Assembly: GCA_963787255.1 (NCBI GenBank)
Contig: CAWBCJ010000029.1
Coordinates: forward strand, 96,001-160,000
Origin: Methanobacteriota archaeon
GTDB taxonomy: Archaea; Methanobacteriota; Methanobacteria; Methanobacteriales; Methanobacteriaceae
DNA: 64,000 bases
Reading direction: 5' to 3'
This document shows, in pieces, positions 10,931 to 22,537 of the stretch. The notes beneath the pieces are model-generated. The model worked only from the letters and a program-made list of their open reading frames with translations, searched no databases and had not been told where the DNA came from. Every line of letters starts with the position of its first letter. Position 1 is the first letter of the stretch. The position numbers were made by a program, and so were the translations under genes.

Positions 10931-11758
10931 ATGACTAAGATCGGTTTTATAGGCTACGGTAGCATGGGAAGCATGATAATAGATGGTTTATTAAAATCAA
11001 AGATACTAAAACCCAATGAAATCATTATATCCAACAGGACACTAAATAAACTTGAAGAAATTAAAAAAAAGTATCCTGAGATTGAAATAACTGATGATAA
11101 CAAATATTTAGCCGCAGAATGCGATAAAATATTCATTTTCGTGGGAACATTTGCTGTTAAAGAAGTAATAGAAGACATAATTGATTATATTTCCGTTAAT
11201 ACCCACATAATACATATTGCAGCAGGATTAAGCCTAAAAAATGTTGAAAAGGTTTTTGATGGAAAAATAACCAGAGTAATTCCCAGTCTAACATCAAAGG
11301 TGAATGAAGGGGTTTCATTAATTCATCACAATGAAAAAGTTAGAGAAGATGATGATGCTGAATTTGTAAATAATCTTTTTAGTGCAATTGGAAACGTTAA
11401 AATTATACCTGAAGATGATTTTGAGGTAGGTTCGGATCTTACAAGCTGTGCACCAGCATTTATTGCATCAATTTTCATGCACTTTGCAGAAGCAGGAGTA
11501 AAACATGGAAACTTTACAATTGAAGAAACCGAAAAAATGGTGATTAAAACACTTTATGGTACTGCCAAGCTTCTTTACGAAGAAAATATGAGTTTTAATG
11601 AGATAATATCAAGGGTTGCAACTAAAGGAGGAATAACAGAAGAAGGAGTTAAAATTCTGAAAAAAGAAATGCCTCAAACTTATGATAGAATTTTTAAGGC
11701 CACATTAAGCAAGCATGAACAGATTAAAGCAGAATTAAACGAACAATACTACAAATAA
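10931..11758 (+). CDS. Pyrroline-5-carboxylate reductase family (ProC/ComER-like)
   Basis: KIGFIGYGSMG, LTSCAPAF, RVATKGGITEEG. Confidence 0.85.
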   Translation: MTKIGFIGYGSMGSMIIDGLLKSKILKPNEIIISNRTLNKLEEIKKKYPEIEITDDNKYLAAECDKIFIFVGTFAVKEVIEDIIDYISVNTHIIHIAAGLSLKNVEKVFDGKITRVIPSLTSKVNEGVSLIHHNEKVREDDDAEFVNNLFSAIGNVKIIPEDDFEVGSDLTSCAPAFIASIFMHFAEAGVKHGNFTIEETEKMVIKTLYGTAKLLYEENMSFNEIISRVATKGGITEEGVKILKKEMPQTYDRIFKATLSKHEQIKAELNEQYYK

Positions 11759-11787
11759 TAGTATGAATAATTCCATGGAACAATATT

Positions 11788-12240
11788 ATGAAAAATTATT
11801 CAAAAATAAATCCAAAAACAGCATTTATAATTTATATTATTCTTGACACCGTTTTAGTCGGAATGGGAATGGGCGTTCCATTTTTCTGTATTTTATTCGG
11901 ATTTCCAATGGGATGGTACCTTGCAAAAAGAGTCTATGGAACTAAAAGAAATTTAAATGAAATTTTAAAACCAATATTAAAATATGCATCGCTAACATCA
12001 GCTTTTACCTTAATTTTAATGATAATTGTCTGGGGACCTGTAGCAACACTGCTTCTAAACCCTGCTGCCGATTTTGCAAATTTTGGGATTCCAATGATCT
12101 TATTCGACCCCAAAATGAGTTTCATTGGCTGGATAATTCTTATGATATTTGTATCCCCATTTTTACAGCTTCTTGTAACTGTTTTTGCTGCAAATATAGC
12201 AATAACCAAATATTCACGGGAAGTGAAAAATGTCCACTAA
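11788..12240 (+). CDS. Hypothetical membrane protein
   Basis: Three to four hydrophobic segments; GMGMGVP motif; co-oriented with the proC-like gene. Confidence 0.65.
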   Translation: MKNYSKINPKTAFIIYIILDTVLVGMGMGVPFFCILFGFPMGWYLAKRVYGTKRNLNEILKPILKYASLTSAFTLILMIIVWGPVATLLLNPAADFANFGIPMILFDPKMSFIGWIILMIFVSPFLQLLVTVFAANIAITKYSREVKNVH

Positions 12241-12432
12241 AGAAGCAATATGAAAAATACGTAATATATTGAAAAATAATAAAATTCTTATATTTGTTAA
12301 ATAACTATTATCCTGCTTTTATTTAGTTTTTAAGCGGCATTTAATTTAATAAATTCTTATACTAAATTGGTACATTAACTCCGTAAGGTTTAAATATCAA
12401 AAGTATATAATCTAACTAATGCGCTAAGGTAT

Positions 12433-12505
<73 letters not shown>

Positions 12506-12554
12506 CTTAATTTAAAAAAAAGTAATTATAAATCAAATGAAATATTTTTCATTT

Positions 12555-12702
<148 letters not shown>

Positions 12703-12822
12703 CCCCCTTTTTTTAAAACACAAAATCACTTATTTTTTAGACTGTTAATAAAAACTAAGTTAAATATAAATTTATTAAATATCTTAAATTTAATTACTAA
12801 TTAAAAAAATAAGCGTGATTAA

Positions 12823-13443
12823 ATGAAAAAATTTAACAATGTCACAATGATTGAAGGTATTGGGTTTGATTCCAATATTTATATCTTTGACGACGTTATA
12901 GTTGACACCGGAACCGGTGAAAACTTCGAATACGTGCTTAATTCTATTAAAAACGCGGGTTTCAATATCGCGGAAGATATTAAACAGATTGTAAACACCC
13001 ACTGTCATTTTGACCATATTGGCGGAAACCGTTTTTTCAATGCAAAGATTGCAATTCACGAAGCAGATGCTCCCGCGCTTGAAAATGGAGATATTAACGC
13101 GACTGCCGCTTACATGTTCGGAAAGCCCCTTGAACCAGTAAAAGTTGATTTACACCTTAAAGAAGGTGACAAAATTAATGATTTTGAAGTTATTCACACA
13201 CCAGGACATACAATTGGTGGAATATGTCTTTATGATGGAGAAACATTGATTTCAGGAGATACTGTGTTTGCAGACGGAGGATTTGGTAGATTCGACATTG
13301 GAGGAGACATAAACCTGCTCAAAGCGTCCATTGAAAAATTATCCGAGCTTAGTGTTGAATATCTTCTTCCAGGACACGGGCCCGCAGTTGATAATGGTTC
13401 TGAGCACATTAATTTGTCCAATAGAATCATCAAAAGTTTTTAA
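12823..13443 (+). CDS. MBL-fold metallo-hydrolase (glyoxalase II-like)
   Basis: THCHFDHIGG, HTPGHT, SGD, LPGHG. Confidence 0.9.
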   Translation: MKKFNNVTMIEGIGFDSNIYIFDDVIVDTGTGENFEYVLNSIKNAGFNIAEDIKQIVNTHCHFDHIGGNRFFNAKIAIHEADAPALENGDINATAAYMFGKPLEPVKVDLHLKEGDKINDFEVIHTPGHTIGGICLYDGETLISGDTVFADGGFGRFDIGGDINLLKASIEKLSELSVEYLLPGHGPAVDNGSEHINLSNRIIKSF

Positions 13444-13506
13444 TTATTTTTTTTTAATCATTATTTTAAGATATATAACTATTAAAAAAGAGATTTTAAA
13501 TTATTT

Positions 13507-14449
13507 TTAAGAAATAGTTACATTTATATCGTTACTGCCATACCCTGTGTCAATGACATCGAAATAAGTTAATTCCCATGCTTTTCCAGTATATTTTGCA
13601 TTAATACATGGATAATACGCATCCCATCTAAAATTTTGAACTTCTGGAAGCTTATCTGCCTTATTAATAGCTTCTTGAGCTGATGGAACACTGCCACCCG
13701 TTACTGTAAGACTTTGTACAGTTTTCACATCTGATTTTTCTTTATTTAATGTGTTGTATTTAAATGAATAGTAAGTACTGTTATTATTGTCACTTTCAAC
13801 CAGAGTCCATGTAAACATATCCATTGTAGGATATGCTGCAGAATATACAAAGTTTCCACTTACAGGGTTTTCATCAAGGGCGTTAGATTTTTCATAAGCC
13901 CTTATACCTCCAAAAGAGATTAAAATAATCATAAAAATTGCCATTGCAGCTTTTTTGTATTTCATATCCAATTTCAAATAAAGAATCAATAAAACTATGA
14001 GCGCGATAACTGCAGTTGTAATATCTATGTAGTAATAGATTTCAGCACTGAATCTTTCAAGTGTAAATGGATAAAAAAGAGGTATTCCTCTTGATGTTAA
14101 AAAATCAAGGAATAAATGAGTAAGTGCACCAAAATAAGCTATTCCTACAGTTTTCCATGTAAATTCAACTGATATATCCCGCCGAATTATTCTTCCTATA
14201 AATCCATTGATTCTTTTTTCTGGAGATAACATATAAAAAGAGCGTGGACGCAACCCCTGCAAAAATAAAAGTATGGGTAATTCCCCTATGTGAGAAAACA
14301 AAAAGATATGTGGCTAAAAATCCAATCCATGTAATAAAAATAGTATCTAAGTCTGGTGCAATCCCACCGAATGCTCCTTCAAGTTTATTCTTACTTTTAA
14401 GAGCAAATAAAATAATAAAAGGTACTAAAAAATGTGTGAAGAAGTCCAT
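13507..14449 (-). CDS. YdjM-like membrane metal-dependent hydrolase, split by a frameshift near 14215
   Basis: MDFFTH, PDLD, HRGITHT in 14165-14449; THLFLDFLT..GIPLFYP in the downstream frame. Confidence 0.8.
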
Positions 14450-14483
14450 ATTATCTTTAAAATCTCCATTAAATTCATGAATT

Positions 14484-15134
14484 TTATTTTGTGCACATTT
14501 TGACTATATCCTTTACAAATGCAGATTTAACTAGAATTGAAATTTTATTCCCTTCATTTAAAACCATATCTGCTTTAGGAATAGTAATTTCGCCATTTTT
14601 ATACACTGCAACAATTATATAATTATCTGTTGGACTAATGTCCCCAACTCTTTTACCTATGATCTTCTTATTTTTCACAGTGATGTCCAGTATTTCCGCA
14701 TCACCTTTTCCAATAACGATTAAGTCGGCGACCTTCGGTCGGGTAATTATTTTTTCAAGGTAGCCTGCTGCTGTAAGTTCTGGGCTTATAACATCATCGA
14801 TGCCTACTTTTTTAAATGCTTCCTCGTGATCGGGGTTACTAAGCCTAGCAATGATTTTATTAATGTTATACTGTTTAACAAGTATGCATGAAAGGAGATT
14901 TGCCTCATCGTTACCTGTTGCAGCGACAAAAACATCGGCATCAGCTACATTAGCCTCTTCAAGGGTTTTTGTATCTGTACCGTTACCGCAGATTACCAGA
15001 GCATCCATTTCAGCGGCTGCAGCGCCGCATAAGCTATCATCATTTTCTATAAGGGTGACGTCATGTCCCCTGCTCACTAAATTAGCTGCAAGATTTAATC
15101 CTACCCTTCCTGCACCCATTATAACTATATACAC
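14484..15134 (-). CDS. trkA: Trk potassium uptake NAD-binding subunit
   Basis: GAGRVG Rossmann motif, ATGNDEANL, TrkA_C domain. Confidence 0.92.
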   Translation of the reverse strand: MYIVIMGAGRVGLNLAANLVSRGHDVTLIENDDSLCGAAAAEMDALVICGNGTDTKTLEEANVADADVFVAATGNDEANLLSCILVKQYNINKIIARLSNPDHEEAFKKVGIDDVISPELTAAGYLEKIITRPKVADLIVIGKGDAEILDITVKNKKIIGKRVGDISPTDNYIIVAVYKNGEITIPKADMVLNEGNKISILVKSAFVKDIVKMCTK

Positions 15135-15281
15135 ATTTACACCTTCAAAAAAGTAAATTAGACGTTTTAATTTGAATAAGCATAATTATCATAATTTTAT
15201 CAAATAATCTCATTTCTATTATTTAAACTATTGACTTTCAAACTATTTCTCGTCATAGTATAAAAGCTTGTCCATAAAAAA

Positions 15282-16715
15282 CTATCTTTTAAGTAAACTA
15301 AATGAAGCTCGTAGCAGAACAAGTACTGGAATTATTTCGATTCTCCCAATCCACATGTTAAATATCAGGAAAGCTTGTGGAATCTGAGGCATTGTTGGGG
15401 TGACAATACCCATTGAAAGCCCTACATTTCCCTGTGCAGAACAAATTTCGTATAAAGAGTTTAATGCATCGTATCCGTACTGTACAAATACAATCCATGT
15501 TATAAAAATAAAAATAAGATAAATAGATACATAAGAACCTGCTTCTCTAATTTCTACATCAGTTACAGGTTTATTAGATATTTTTCGAGGTATAACAGAT
15601 CCTGCAGGGGCTACTATCCTTAAAAGTTCCCAATATAACCCTTTTACAATTGTAACAACCCGTATAAGCTTTACTGCACCTGAAGTAGAACCTGCTGCCA
15701 TTCCAATTATCATACAGGCTATAAGAATTAGTTTAGCATATTGCGGCCATGCAATCATAGTATTTAAAGGAGAAATACTTGAACCAGTACATGAAAGAGC
15801 AGAAACTACATTGAAAAGGGATTCTAAAGGTAAAAACTTTGCATTTATTATTAAAAGTACGGTAAAAATAAAAATTATAATTAGAGATGCTTGAAGCTGA
15901 ATATCCTTTATTACACTTTTTAATTTACCATTTAAAGCCCTATAATGAACAAGAAAGCTTGTTCCCCCTATAAACATCAGTATTATTGTTATTATGTAAA
16001 TTATATTGCTTCCATAAGCACCTATGTTATCATTTTTAATGGACATGCCGCCGGTTGATAAATTGGTAAAAGTATTGTTTATAGCGTCGAAAAGGGGCAT
16101 TCCAGCAAGAACATATAAAACAATTCCTAAAACGGTGTAAAAAATGTAAATCCACCATATGGTCCTTACAGTTCCAAGAATACTGGGTTTTATTTTTTCT
16201 TCCCTAGCTTCAGACTTGTACAACCTTGCTGCTGCTGTTCCGGGCCTAATTAAAATCCCAATAACTACAATAACAACACCAAGCCCCCCAATCCATTGTT
16301 CAATACTTCTTAAAAACAAAACCGATTTGGGAAGTATTTCAACATTTAAGAATATAGAGAGGCCACTGCCGGTCCATGCAGACATGCTTTCAAAATAAGC
16401 ATTTAAAAAGCTTATGTGTGTAACCTGCATTAATATCAGGCTTCCAATTAGTGCCGCCCAGAGCCAAGCAACTGCAGCAATTATCATTCCATGTTTAAGT
16501 CGTAGGTTCGTGCCTTTACCTACAAATAATTTTCTTAAACCAAATCCAAGCAAAATTGAAAATCCTGAGGGAATTATAAAGGAAATGTAATTGGATTCAC
16601 CGTAAATTAGAGCAACTATAAGGGGTATTAATGTCACTACACCAATACCAATCATTATCAAGCCTAGCTGCTCTGCTATTATATAAAAATCCCTTTTTCT
16701 AAACTGGCCAATCAT
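15282..16715 (-). CDS. trkH: Trk potassium uptake membrane subunit
   Basis: FESMSAWTGSG, QWIGGLG, STGG, GSTSGAVK, SAQGNVGLS, MWIGRIEI pore motifs. Confidence 0.92.
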   Translation of the reverse strand: MIGQFRKRDFYIIAEQLGLIMIGIGVVTLIPLIVALIYGESNYISFIIPSGFSILLGFGLRKLFVGKGTNLRLKHGMIIAAVAWLWAALIGSLILMQVTHISFLNAYFESMSAWTGSGLSIFLNVEILPKSVLFLRSIEQWIGGLGVVIVVIGILIRPGTAAARLYKSEAREEKIKPSILGTVRTIWWIYIFYTVLGIVLYVLAGMPLFDAINNTFTNLSTGGMSIKNDNIGAYGSNIIYIITIILMFIGGTSFLVHYRALNGKLKSVIKDIQLQASLIIIFIFTVLLIINAKFLPLESLFNVVSALSCTGSSISPLNTMIAWPQYAKLILIACMIIGMAAGSTSGAVKLIRVVTIVKGLYWELLRIVAPAGSVIPRKISNKPVTDVEIREAGSYVSIYLIFIFITWIVFVQYGYDALNSLYEICSAQGNVGLSMGIVTPTMPQIPQAFLIFNMWIGRIEIIPVLVLLRASFSLLKR

Positions 16716-16935
16716 CTATATCGTATTAAATGATATTCAACAATGCTTATAAATTTAATTGTTAATGCAATAGCCCGATTTAATGCTTATTCAAAATTAT
16801 CCACGAATTATTATATAATATTTAATTTAAAAGAGTAAATTTAAGACTACATACTGCTTTCACGTTCATTTAAAAGTTGATGTGTAATTAAAAATTAAAA
16901 AAGAGAGTTTAAAGTTTTTTTTAGATCCCTTTAAA

Positions 16936-17709
16936 CTATTTCATTTTCCCTTCTGAGCTCATAAAATTCTTTAATTCACGAATGGTTGACATGAACTGTG
17001 CAGGGAAAATGATGGTTGAATTTTTCTCACTTGATATTTCATTTAACACTTGTAAATTCCTTAATTGAAGCGCAACTGGATGTGCTTCTATTATGTCTGC
17101 AGCTTCTCCAAGCTTTGCTGCTGATAAAAACTCACCTTCTGAAGCGATGATTTTAGCCCTCTTCTCCCTTTCTGCTTCTGCTTGTTTAGCCATTGACCTT
17201 CTCATTGATTCGGGCAAATTAATATCCTTAATTTCCACTGCTGTAATCTGTACACCCCATGGTTCGCTGTGAACGTCAATTATTTCCTTAATCCTCTCAT
17301 TTATTTTAGTAGTTGACGATAAAACGTCATCTAAAAGGAATTGTCCTATAACATTTCTCATGGTAGTCTGTGCAATCTGATTTACAGCCCTATTGTAATT
17401 TTCAATTGCTACAACAGCGTCATAGGGTTTAACTACTTTGAAATATGCAACAGCGGCCACATCAATTGAAACGTTGTCCTGAGTTATTATTTTCTGTGAT
17501 TGAATGGGCATGGTAACAATTCTAAATGATACCTTAACCATTCTATCTACTATCGGTATAATAAGGCGCAACCCTGGTTCCTTAATCCCTATAACCTTTC
17601 CAACTCTGAAAACAACTCCTCTTTCATATTGGTTCACTATCCTTATTGAAAGTCCTAAAATAATTAAAATTATGATTCCTACTATAATAAGAGTAAGCCA
17701 ATCAGCCAT
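16936..17709 (-). CDS. SPFH/band-7 (stomatin-like, slipin) protein
   Basis: [34 protein letters not shown]. Confidence 0.92.
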   Translation of the reverse strand: MADWLTLIIVGIIILIILGLSIRIVNQYERGVVFRVGKVIGIKEPGLRLIIPIVDRMVKVSFRIVTMPIQSQKIITQDNVSIDVAAVAYFKVVKPYDAVVAIENYNRAVNQIAQTTMRNVIGQFLLDDVLSSTTKINERIKEIIDVHSEPWGVQITAVEIKDINLPESMRRSMAKQAEAEREKRAKIIASEGEFLSAAKLGEAADIIEAHPVALQLRNLQVLNEISSEKNSTIIFPAQFMSTIRELKNFMSSEGKMK

Positions 17710-18100
17710 TTTTTTTAACCTCCATAAGTTTATTTCTTATAATAATTTATGTATAAACTTACTATTAAATATGAAGTTTAAAGTATTAAAAAATATAGAA
17801 AACGCTCTTTTTAAGGTTAGTACTATCTTAAAAGATATCATTGAAGTTTTAATAGTTTTATCCGTATCTAAAATAGTAAATTATATCTTTAAAGTTAATA
17901 TGAAAAGATAAATTTAATATTAGGACTATATTTGAGATTTTAAAAATTGAATTATAAAAAAAATAGAAAATAAAGTTAAATATAATTTTTAAATTAAATC
18001 ATGATAAAACCGGACATTTATGCCTTTAAAGGGTTTCGTAAAAAAAAATTTAAAAATGTCCATTAATTAATGGAACTTAAAATTTAATTTAAAACTAATC

Positions 18101-18337
18101 TTATTCAACTACGTCAGCAAAGCCGAAGTTCTTTCTTGTTGAATTTATTTTAATTTTAACTTCATCACCGAGTTTGGCGCCTGAAACAAATACTACATAT
18201 CCTTCTATTCTTGCAATTCCGTCGCCATCTCTTCCTACATCTTCAATTTTAACATCGTATTCCTCTCCCACATTGATAGGAGCGGAAGGTCCTCTATTAT
18301 CTGAGAAATTATCTCTTCCATAATTATTTCTAAACAA
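18101..18337 (-). CDS. Single TRAM domain RNA-binding protein
   Basis: PINVGEEYDVKIEDVGRDGDGIARIEGYVVFV...GFA. Confidence 0.9.
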   Translation of the reverse strand: MFRNNYGRDNFSDNRGPSAPINVGEEYDVKIEDVGRDGDGIARIEGYVVFVSGAKLGDEVKIKINSTRKNFGFADVVE

Positions 18338-18472
18338 TTCATCACATCCTAAATGAGCCAGATAACTGACTTAATACTCAGTGTTCATTTTGAAATTATA
18401 TAAATTTTATGTTTTAATAAATTTTTTTAATTTGATCATTTTTTTATAAAATTAGTCACATAACAATATTAT

Positions 18473-18955
18473 ATGATTGGAATAATGTCAGATTCACACG
18501 ACAATCTGGATGCCATTAGAAAGGCAGTTGATGCATTTAATAAGGCTGAAGTAGATCTTGTAATACATGCCGGAGATATGATATCCCCATTTACCGCCAA
18601 AGAGATTAGAAAACTAAATTGTGAGTTTAAAGCCGTTTTTGGGAATAATGATGGAGAACGAGATGGTCTAAGACATTTTTTTAAAGGTATATGCTATCAC
18701 GACGATTTTCAAGAGCTTGAAATTGAAGGAAAGAGATTTGTAGTTATCCATGGAACTAACGAAGATGTAGTAGATGCTCTAGTTAAAAGCAATAAGTATG
18801 ATGTGGTTATAAGAGGACATACTCACAAATTAGAGATAAAAGAAGGAAAGTCTTTGATGATAAATCCTGGAGAGACCTGCGGTTACTTATCAGGCGAACA
18901 AACTGTATTATTACTTGATCCAGAGGATTTGAGCTACAAAACAGTATTTCTGTAA
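18473..18955 (+). CDS. YfcE/MJ0936-type metallophosphoesterase
   Basis: SDSHDN, HAGD, GNND, HG, GHTH, NPGE. Confidence 0.9.
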   Translation: MIGIMSDSHDNLDAIRKAVDAFNKAEVDLVIHAGDMISPFTAKEIRKLNCEFKAVFGNNDGERDGLRHFFKGICYHDDFQELEIEGKRFVVIHGTNEDVVDALVKSNKYDVVIRGHTHKLEIKEGKSLMINPGETCGYLSGEQTVLLLDPEDLSYKTVFL

Positions 18956-19018
18956 AATTAGTTTTACATAAGCGATTAAGAGAATGTTTTTTTCGGCTAA
19001 AAAATATAATTAAACAAA

Positions 19019-20071
19019 ATGCAGATTATTTTATGCACTATCAAGGTACAAAAAATGAAATATAAACCTTTGATCCTGATATTAATTGGAATTGGAGTTC
19101 TAATAGGTATGATCCTATTTATAGGGCCTGGAAATATTGAAAGCGCCATTAAACTAGCTAATCCCTGGTATGTTGCCCTTGCTGTAATTTTACAGTTTGC
19201 TGTTTACGGACTCTGGACCTGGAGATGGTCTATAAACATTAAATCCGTTGGTATTTCTGTTAAAAAACAGCATGTTTTTCCAATGCTTATGGTAGGTTTA
19301 GCTGTAAATAACTTGACTCCCAGTGCAAGGGGTGGGGGAGAACCTATAAGAGGTTATATACTGAGTAAATATTCAAATTCTTCATTTGAAAAGTCATTTG
19401 CAACAGTTATAGCTGATAGAGGCCTCGATACGTTTCCATTCATAGTTTTAGCAGTTATTACAATAGTTGCTGCAGTTTTTTATTTGAATTTACCTGATTA
19501 TGCCCTATACTCACTTATAATTGCAGTCTTAGTTTTAGTTGTAGTGTTTTTTATAGTACTTTACATGTCTTTTAACCTTGACTTTGGGCGTAAAGTTTCA
19601 TTGTGGCTTGTAGGTTTGATAAAAAGATTTTCTAAAAAGGATCATAGCAAACTGGAAGAAAATGCACTTAAAGCGATTCATGGTTTTCAAAACAGCATGC
19701 GCACAATGGTGAAGGACAGGAATGTATTGCTTTATGGACTTCCAATTTCTTTTTTAATCTGGTTTTTAGAAATAATAAGAGTATATGTAATTTTTTCTGC
19801 ATTTAACGTTGATGTGTCCCTTTTGGTGATTGCAGTGGTCTTTATAATATCCACTTTAATTGGACTGATTCCACTTCTTCCAGGAGGTTTAGGGGCCGTT
19901 GACGGAATCATGATAATACTATTTTCCGCTGCAGGAGTTCCTCCATCTATAAGTGCAGCTGCAACAATTGTAGAGCGTCTAATATCTTTCTGGATGACTT
20001 CAATTATAGGTATTGCACTGCTTCCTTATTTTGGAACAAGTGTGGTGGAAAGAATCACCAAGAAGTCTTAG
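19019..20071 (+). CDS. UPF0104 / lysylphosphatidylglycerol synthase TM-domain (flippase-like) protein; start probably 19055
   Basis: NNLTPSARGGGEP, ADRGLD, PLLPGGLG, ERLISFW. Confidence 0.85.
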   Translation: MQIILCTIKVQKMKYKPLILILIGIGVLIGMILFIGPGNIESAIKLANPWYVALAVILQFAVYGLWTWRWSINIKSVGISVKKQHVFPMLMVGLAVNNLTPSARGGGEPIRGYILSKYSNSSFEKSFATVIADRGLDTFPFIVLAVITIVAAVFYLNLPDYALYSLIIAVLVLVVVFFIVLYMSFNLDFGRKVSLWLVGLIKRFSKKDHSKLEENALKAIHGFQNSMRTMVKDRNVLLYGLPISFLIWFLEIIRVYVIFSAFNVDVSLLVIAVVFIISTLIGLIPLLPGGLGAVDGIMIILFSAAGVPPSISAAATIVERLISFWMTSIIGIALLPYFGTSVVERITKKS

Positions 20072-20261
20072 GGCACGTTTAAATAGTTTTAAATAACTCT
20101 TTTAGCATTTAAAATCATAAGTATTTTTAAAAGTTGCTAAATACCTTTATAATTGGATTTATAATTCAATGAATTTTTTTTATTTTAATATTAGTTTTTA
20201 AATTGAATTACTAAAAATCAAATAGAAAAATATATAATATTTCTAAAACTACCATCAAAAG

Positions 20262-21164
20262 GTGATAATCATGGAAATAAACGGTGTAGAAATAGAAGAT
20301 ACATTTGCAGAAGCATTCGGTATACAGGTTTCAAGAATTCTTGTAACTGCTGCAACCAAAAAACTAGCAAAAATAGCAGCAACTGAAGCTACAGGTTACG
20401 GGACTTCAGTTATTGGTTGTCCTGCTGAAGCAGGGATAGATTGTTATGTTCCTCCAGAAGAAACTCCTGACGGAAGACCTGGTTACATAATAATGATCTG
20501 TAATATGTCCAAGAAAAAACTGGATCACGAATTATTAGAGCGTGTAGGAATGTGCGTGCTAACAGCTGCAACAACTGCGGCTTTTAACGCTCTTGACGAT
20601 GAGGAAGAAAAATTAAAAACCGGATTCAAGCTTAAATTCTTTGGAGACGGCTTTGAAAAAGAATTAGACATTGATGGAAGAACTGTTTACTCAATACCTA
20701 TCATGTCCGGAGACTTTTTAGTAGAAGGCGAATTTGGTATAAAAGCAGGTGTGGCAGGTGGTAACTTCTTTATAATGGGTGACAGCCAGTCATCAGCATT
20801 AATTGCTGCTGAAGCTGCTGTTGACGCTATTGATGCAATTAAAGGTGCCATAACACCATTCCCTGGTGGAGTAGTTGCATCTGGTTCTAAAGTAGGTTCA
20901 AACAAATACAAATTCTTAGGTGCTTCTACTAATGAGAAAATGTGCGTTACACTTAAAGATTCAGTTGAAGGAAGCGAAATTCCAGCAGATGTAAACGGTG
21001 TATATGAAATTGTCATTGACGGTGAAAACGAAGAAGTCGTTAAAGAAGCAATGAAAGTCGGAATAGAAGCTGCTGTAAAAGTTCCTGGTGTTTTAAAAAT
21101 AAGTGCAGGAAACTTCGGCGGAAACCTCGGTGCATTTAAAATAAACCTTCACGACTTATTCTAA
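20262..21164 (+). CDS. ftr: Formylmethanofuran:tetrahydromethanopterin formyltransferase
   Basis: [59 protein letters not shown]. Confidence 0.97.
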   Translation: MIIMEINGVEIEDTFAEAFGIQVSRILVTAATKKLAKIAATEATGYGTSVIGCPAEAGIDCYVPPEETPDGRPGYIIMICNMSKKKLDHELLERVGMCVLTAATTAAFNALDDEEEKLKTGFKLKFFGDGFEKELDIDGRTVYSIPIMSGDFLVEGEFGIKAGVAGGNFFIMGDSQSSALIAAEAAVDAIDAIKGAITPFPGGVVASGSKVGSNKYKFLGASTNEKMCVTLKDSVEGSEIPADVNGVYEIVIDGENEEVVKEAMKVGIEAAVKVPGVLKISAGNFGGNLGAFKINLHDLF

Positions 21165-21504
21165 GCTCTCAAAAACGGACAGTATTTAAGCGCGAAACTT
21201 CGTTTTGCTAGCTATGAATTATATGAAAGTGTTTGTAAGGTTTAAAAAACCTATTTTTTTCTTTTTATTAAAATTGAAATCTGCAGTTTTTAAATTCGAA
21301 ATGTTGATTACTCATTATTAAATAATTTAATTTCCCAAATAAATCATTGATAAGTGTTTATTCCTGTTTAAATCCCTAAAATGTTTCAAATCATCACTTA
21401 TGGAATAATTTATAAGTGAGTTAACACCAATAGAGCACCATCTTATAAAACATTAATCCGGTCTTTTTAATTAAATCTAGAAAACGGTTTTATGAAGGGA
21501 TTTC

Positions 21505-22224
21505 ATGCCATATTTGATATGTGAAAAGTGTAAAGGGTATTACGAGCTTCAAGTGGGAGAATCGATTGCAGATTTCGAAGAATGTGAATGTGGTGGCAGT
21601 TTAAAGCAGTTAGAATCCTTAGATATCCCCTACAATAAACAGAGGGTAAAAACTATCATTGAAACATTTAAAGATAATTATAAATCCTCCAAAGAAAAAT
21701 CTGAATACGCAGAGGAAACTCCAAAACTGAGCATTAGTGTTGATTATACTGAGGGTATAAATAGGCTGTTAAAAGAAGATAGACCATCAAAAAAAGATGC
21801 TAATGCAGAATTACAAAGATCTACTCTTAAAGAAGTAGCTTTAATTCCAGAACTCTACAATTTTAAGTATCTAGATTCCATAGATGACGATACATCATCT
21901 AAAATCATTGAAATAATTGCAGAAGTTGTTTACGAAGGTAAGGGAATAATAGACGCGACAAATGAAATAGTATCCAGAACATCCATAAAATATGATGACG
22001 CATTACACATTAGCAGAAATGAAATAAGCAGAATAAAAAACCTTGGAAACTGGTATATTCACAAAGAAAAAGGATATAACCATTTTAAAATATCTAAATC
22101 ATTTAATGCATGCGCAAAATGCGGTAAAGCATATGATAATATGATATTTACCATGGAACAGGTGGAAATGTTGCCCCCACTTCATGATCTGTGTAAATGT
22201 AACGCTATTTTTTATAAAGAATAA
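21505..22224 (+). CDS. Zinc-ribbon protein with C-terminal phage MuF/SPP1 gp7 (minor head)-like domain
   Basis: N-terminal [13 protein letters not shown]...CECGG; C-terminal ISRNE...CAKC...PPLHDLCKC resembles the MuF IARTE...CxxC...PPxHPNCRC pattern. Confidence 0.6.
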   Translation: MPYLICEKCKGYYELQVGESIADFEECECGGSLKQLESLDIPYNKQRVKTIIETFKDNYKSSKEKSEYAEETPKLSISVDYTEGINRLLKEDRPSKKDANAELQRSTLKEVALIPELYNFKYLDSIDDDTSSKIIEIIAEVVYEGKGIIDATNEIVSRTSIKYDDALHISRNEISRIKNLGNWYIHKEKGYNHFKISKSFNACAKCGKAYDNMIFTMEQVEMLPPLHDLCKCNAIFYKE

Positions 22225-22250
22225 AAATAAATAAAAAAACAATTTAAGTT

Positions 22251-22439
22251 TTAATCTCCTCCAAATACGTAGCCGCAGCATGAACACCGGTATTTACCTT
22301 CTTTAGACCTGAAACCTGTTGATGATTTATGCGGTTGTCCCCCAACAACTCCTACTGTTCCAGAATCCTTCAAAATATGCTTGTCTTCACATCCACACTT
22401 AGGACATTTTTTATTTAGCTCTTCTGCTTTCATACACAT
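22251..22439 (-). CDS. Methanogen Cys-rich peptide (TIGR04165-like)
   Basis: MKAEELNKKCPKCG...CSCCGYVF, two CxxCG motifs; GGAGGT RBS. Confidence 0.7.
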   Translation of the reverse strand: MCMKAEELNKKCPKCGCEDKHILKDSGTVGVVGGQPHKSSTGFRSKEGKYRCSCCGYVFGGD

Positions 22440-22537
22440 TACCTCCAGCTAAATCTATGAAAACCTTCATTAAATGATTTTTAATAGAACTTAATTTCTA
22501 TACATTTATTATTTTCTATCATTCAATTTAAATTGGA

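Noticed and set aside
18011-18062. 8-bp inverted repeat GGACATTT...AAATGTCC downstream of the TRAM gene
   Set aside because: Short stem with a long A-rich loop; most likely terminator-associated or chance.
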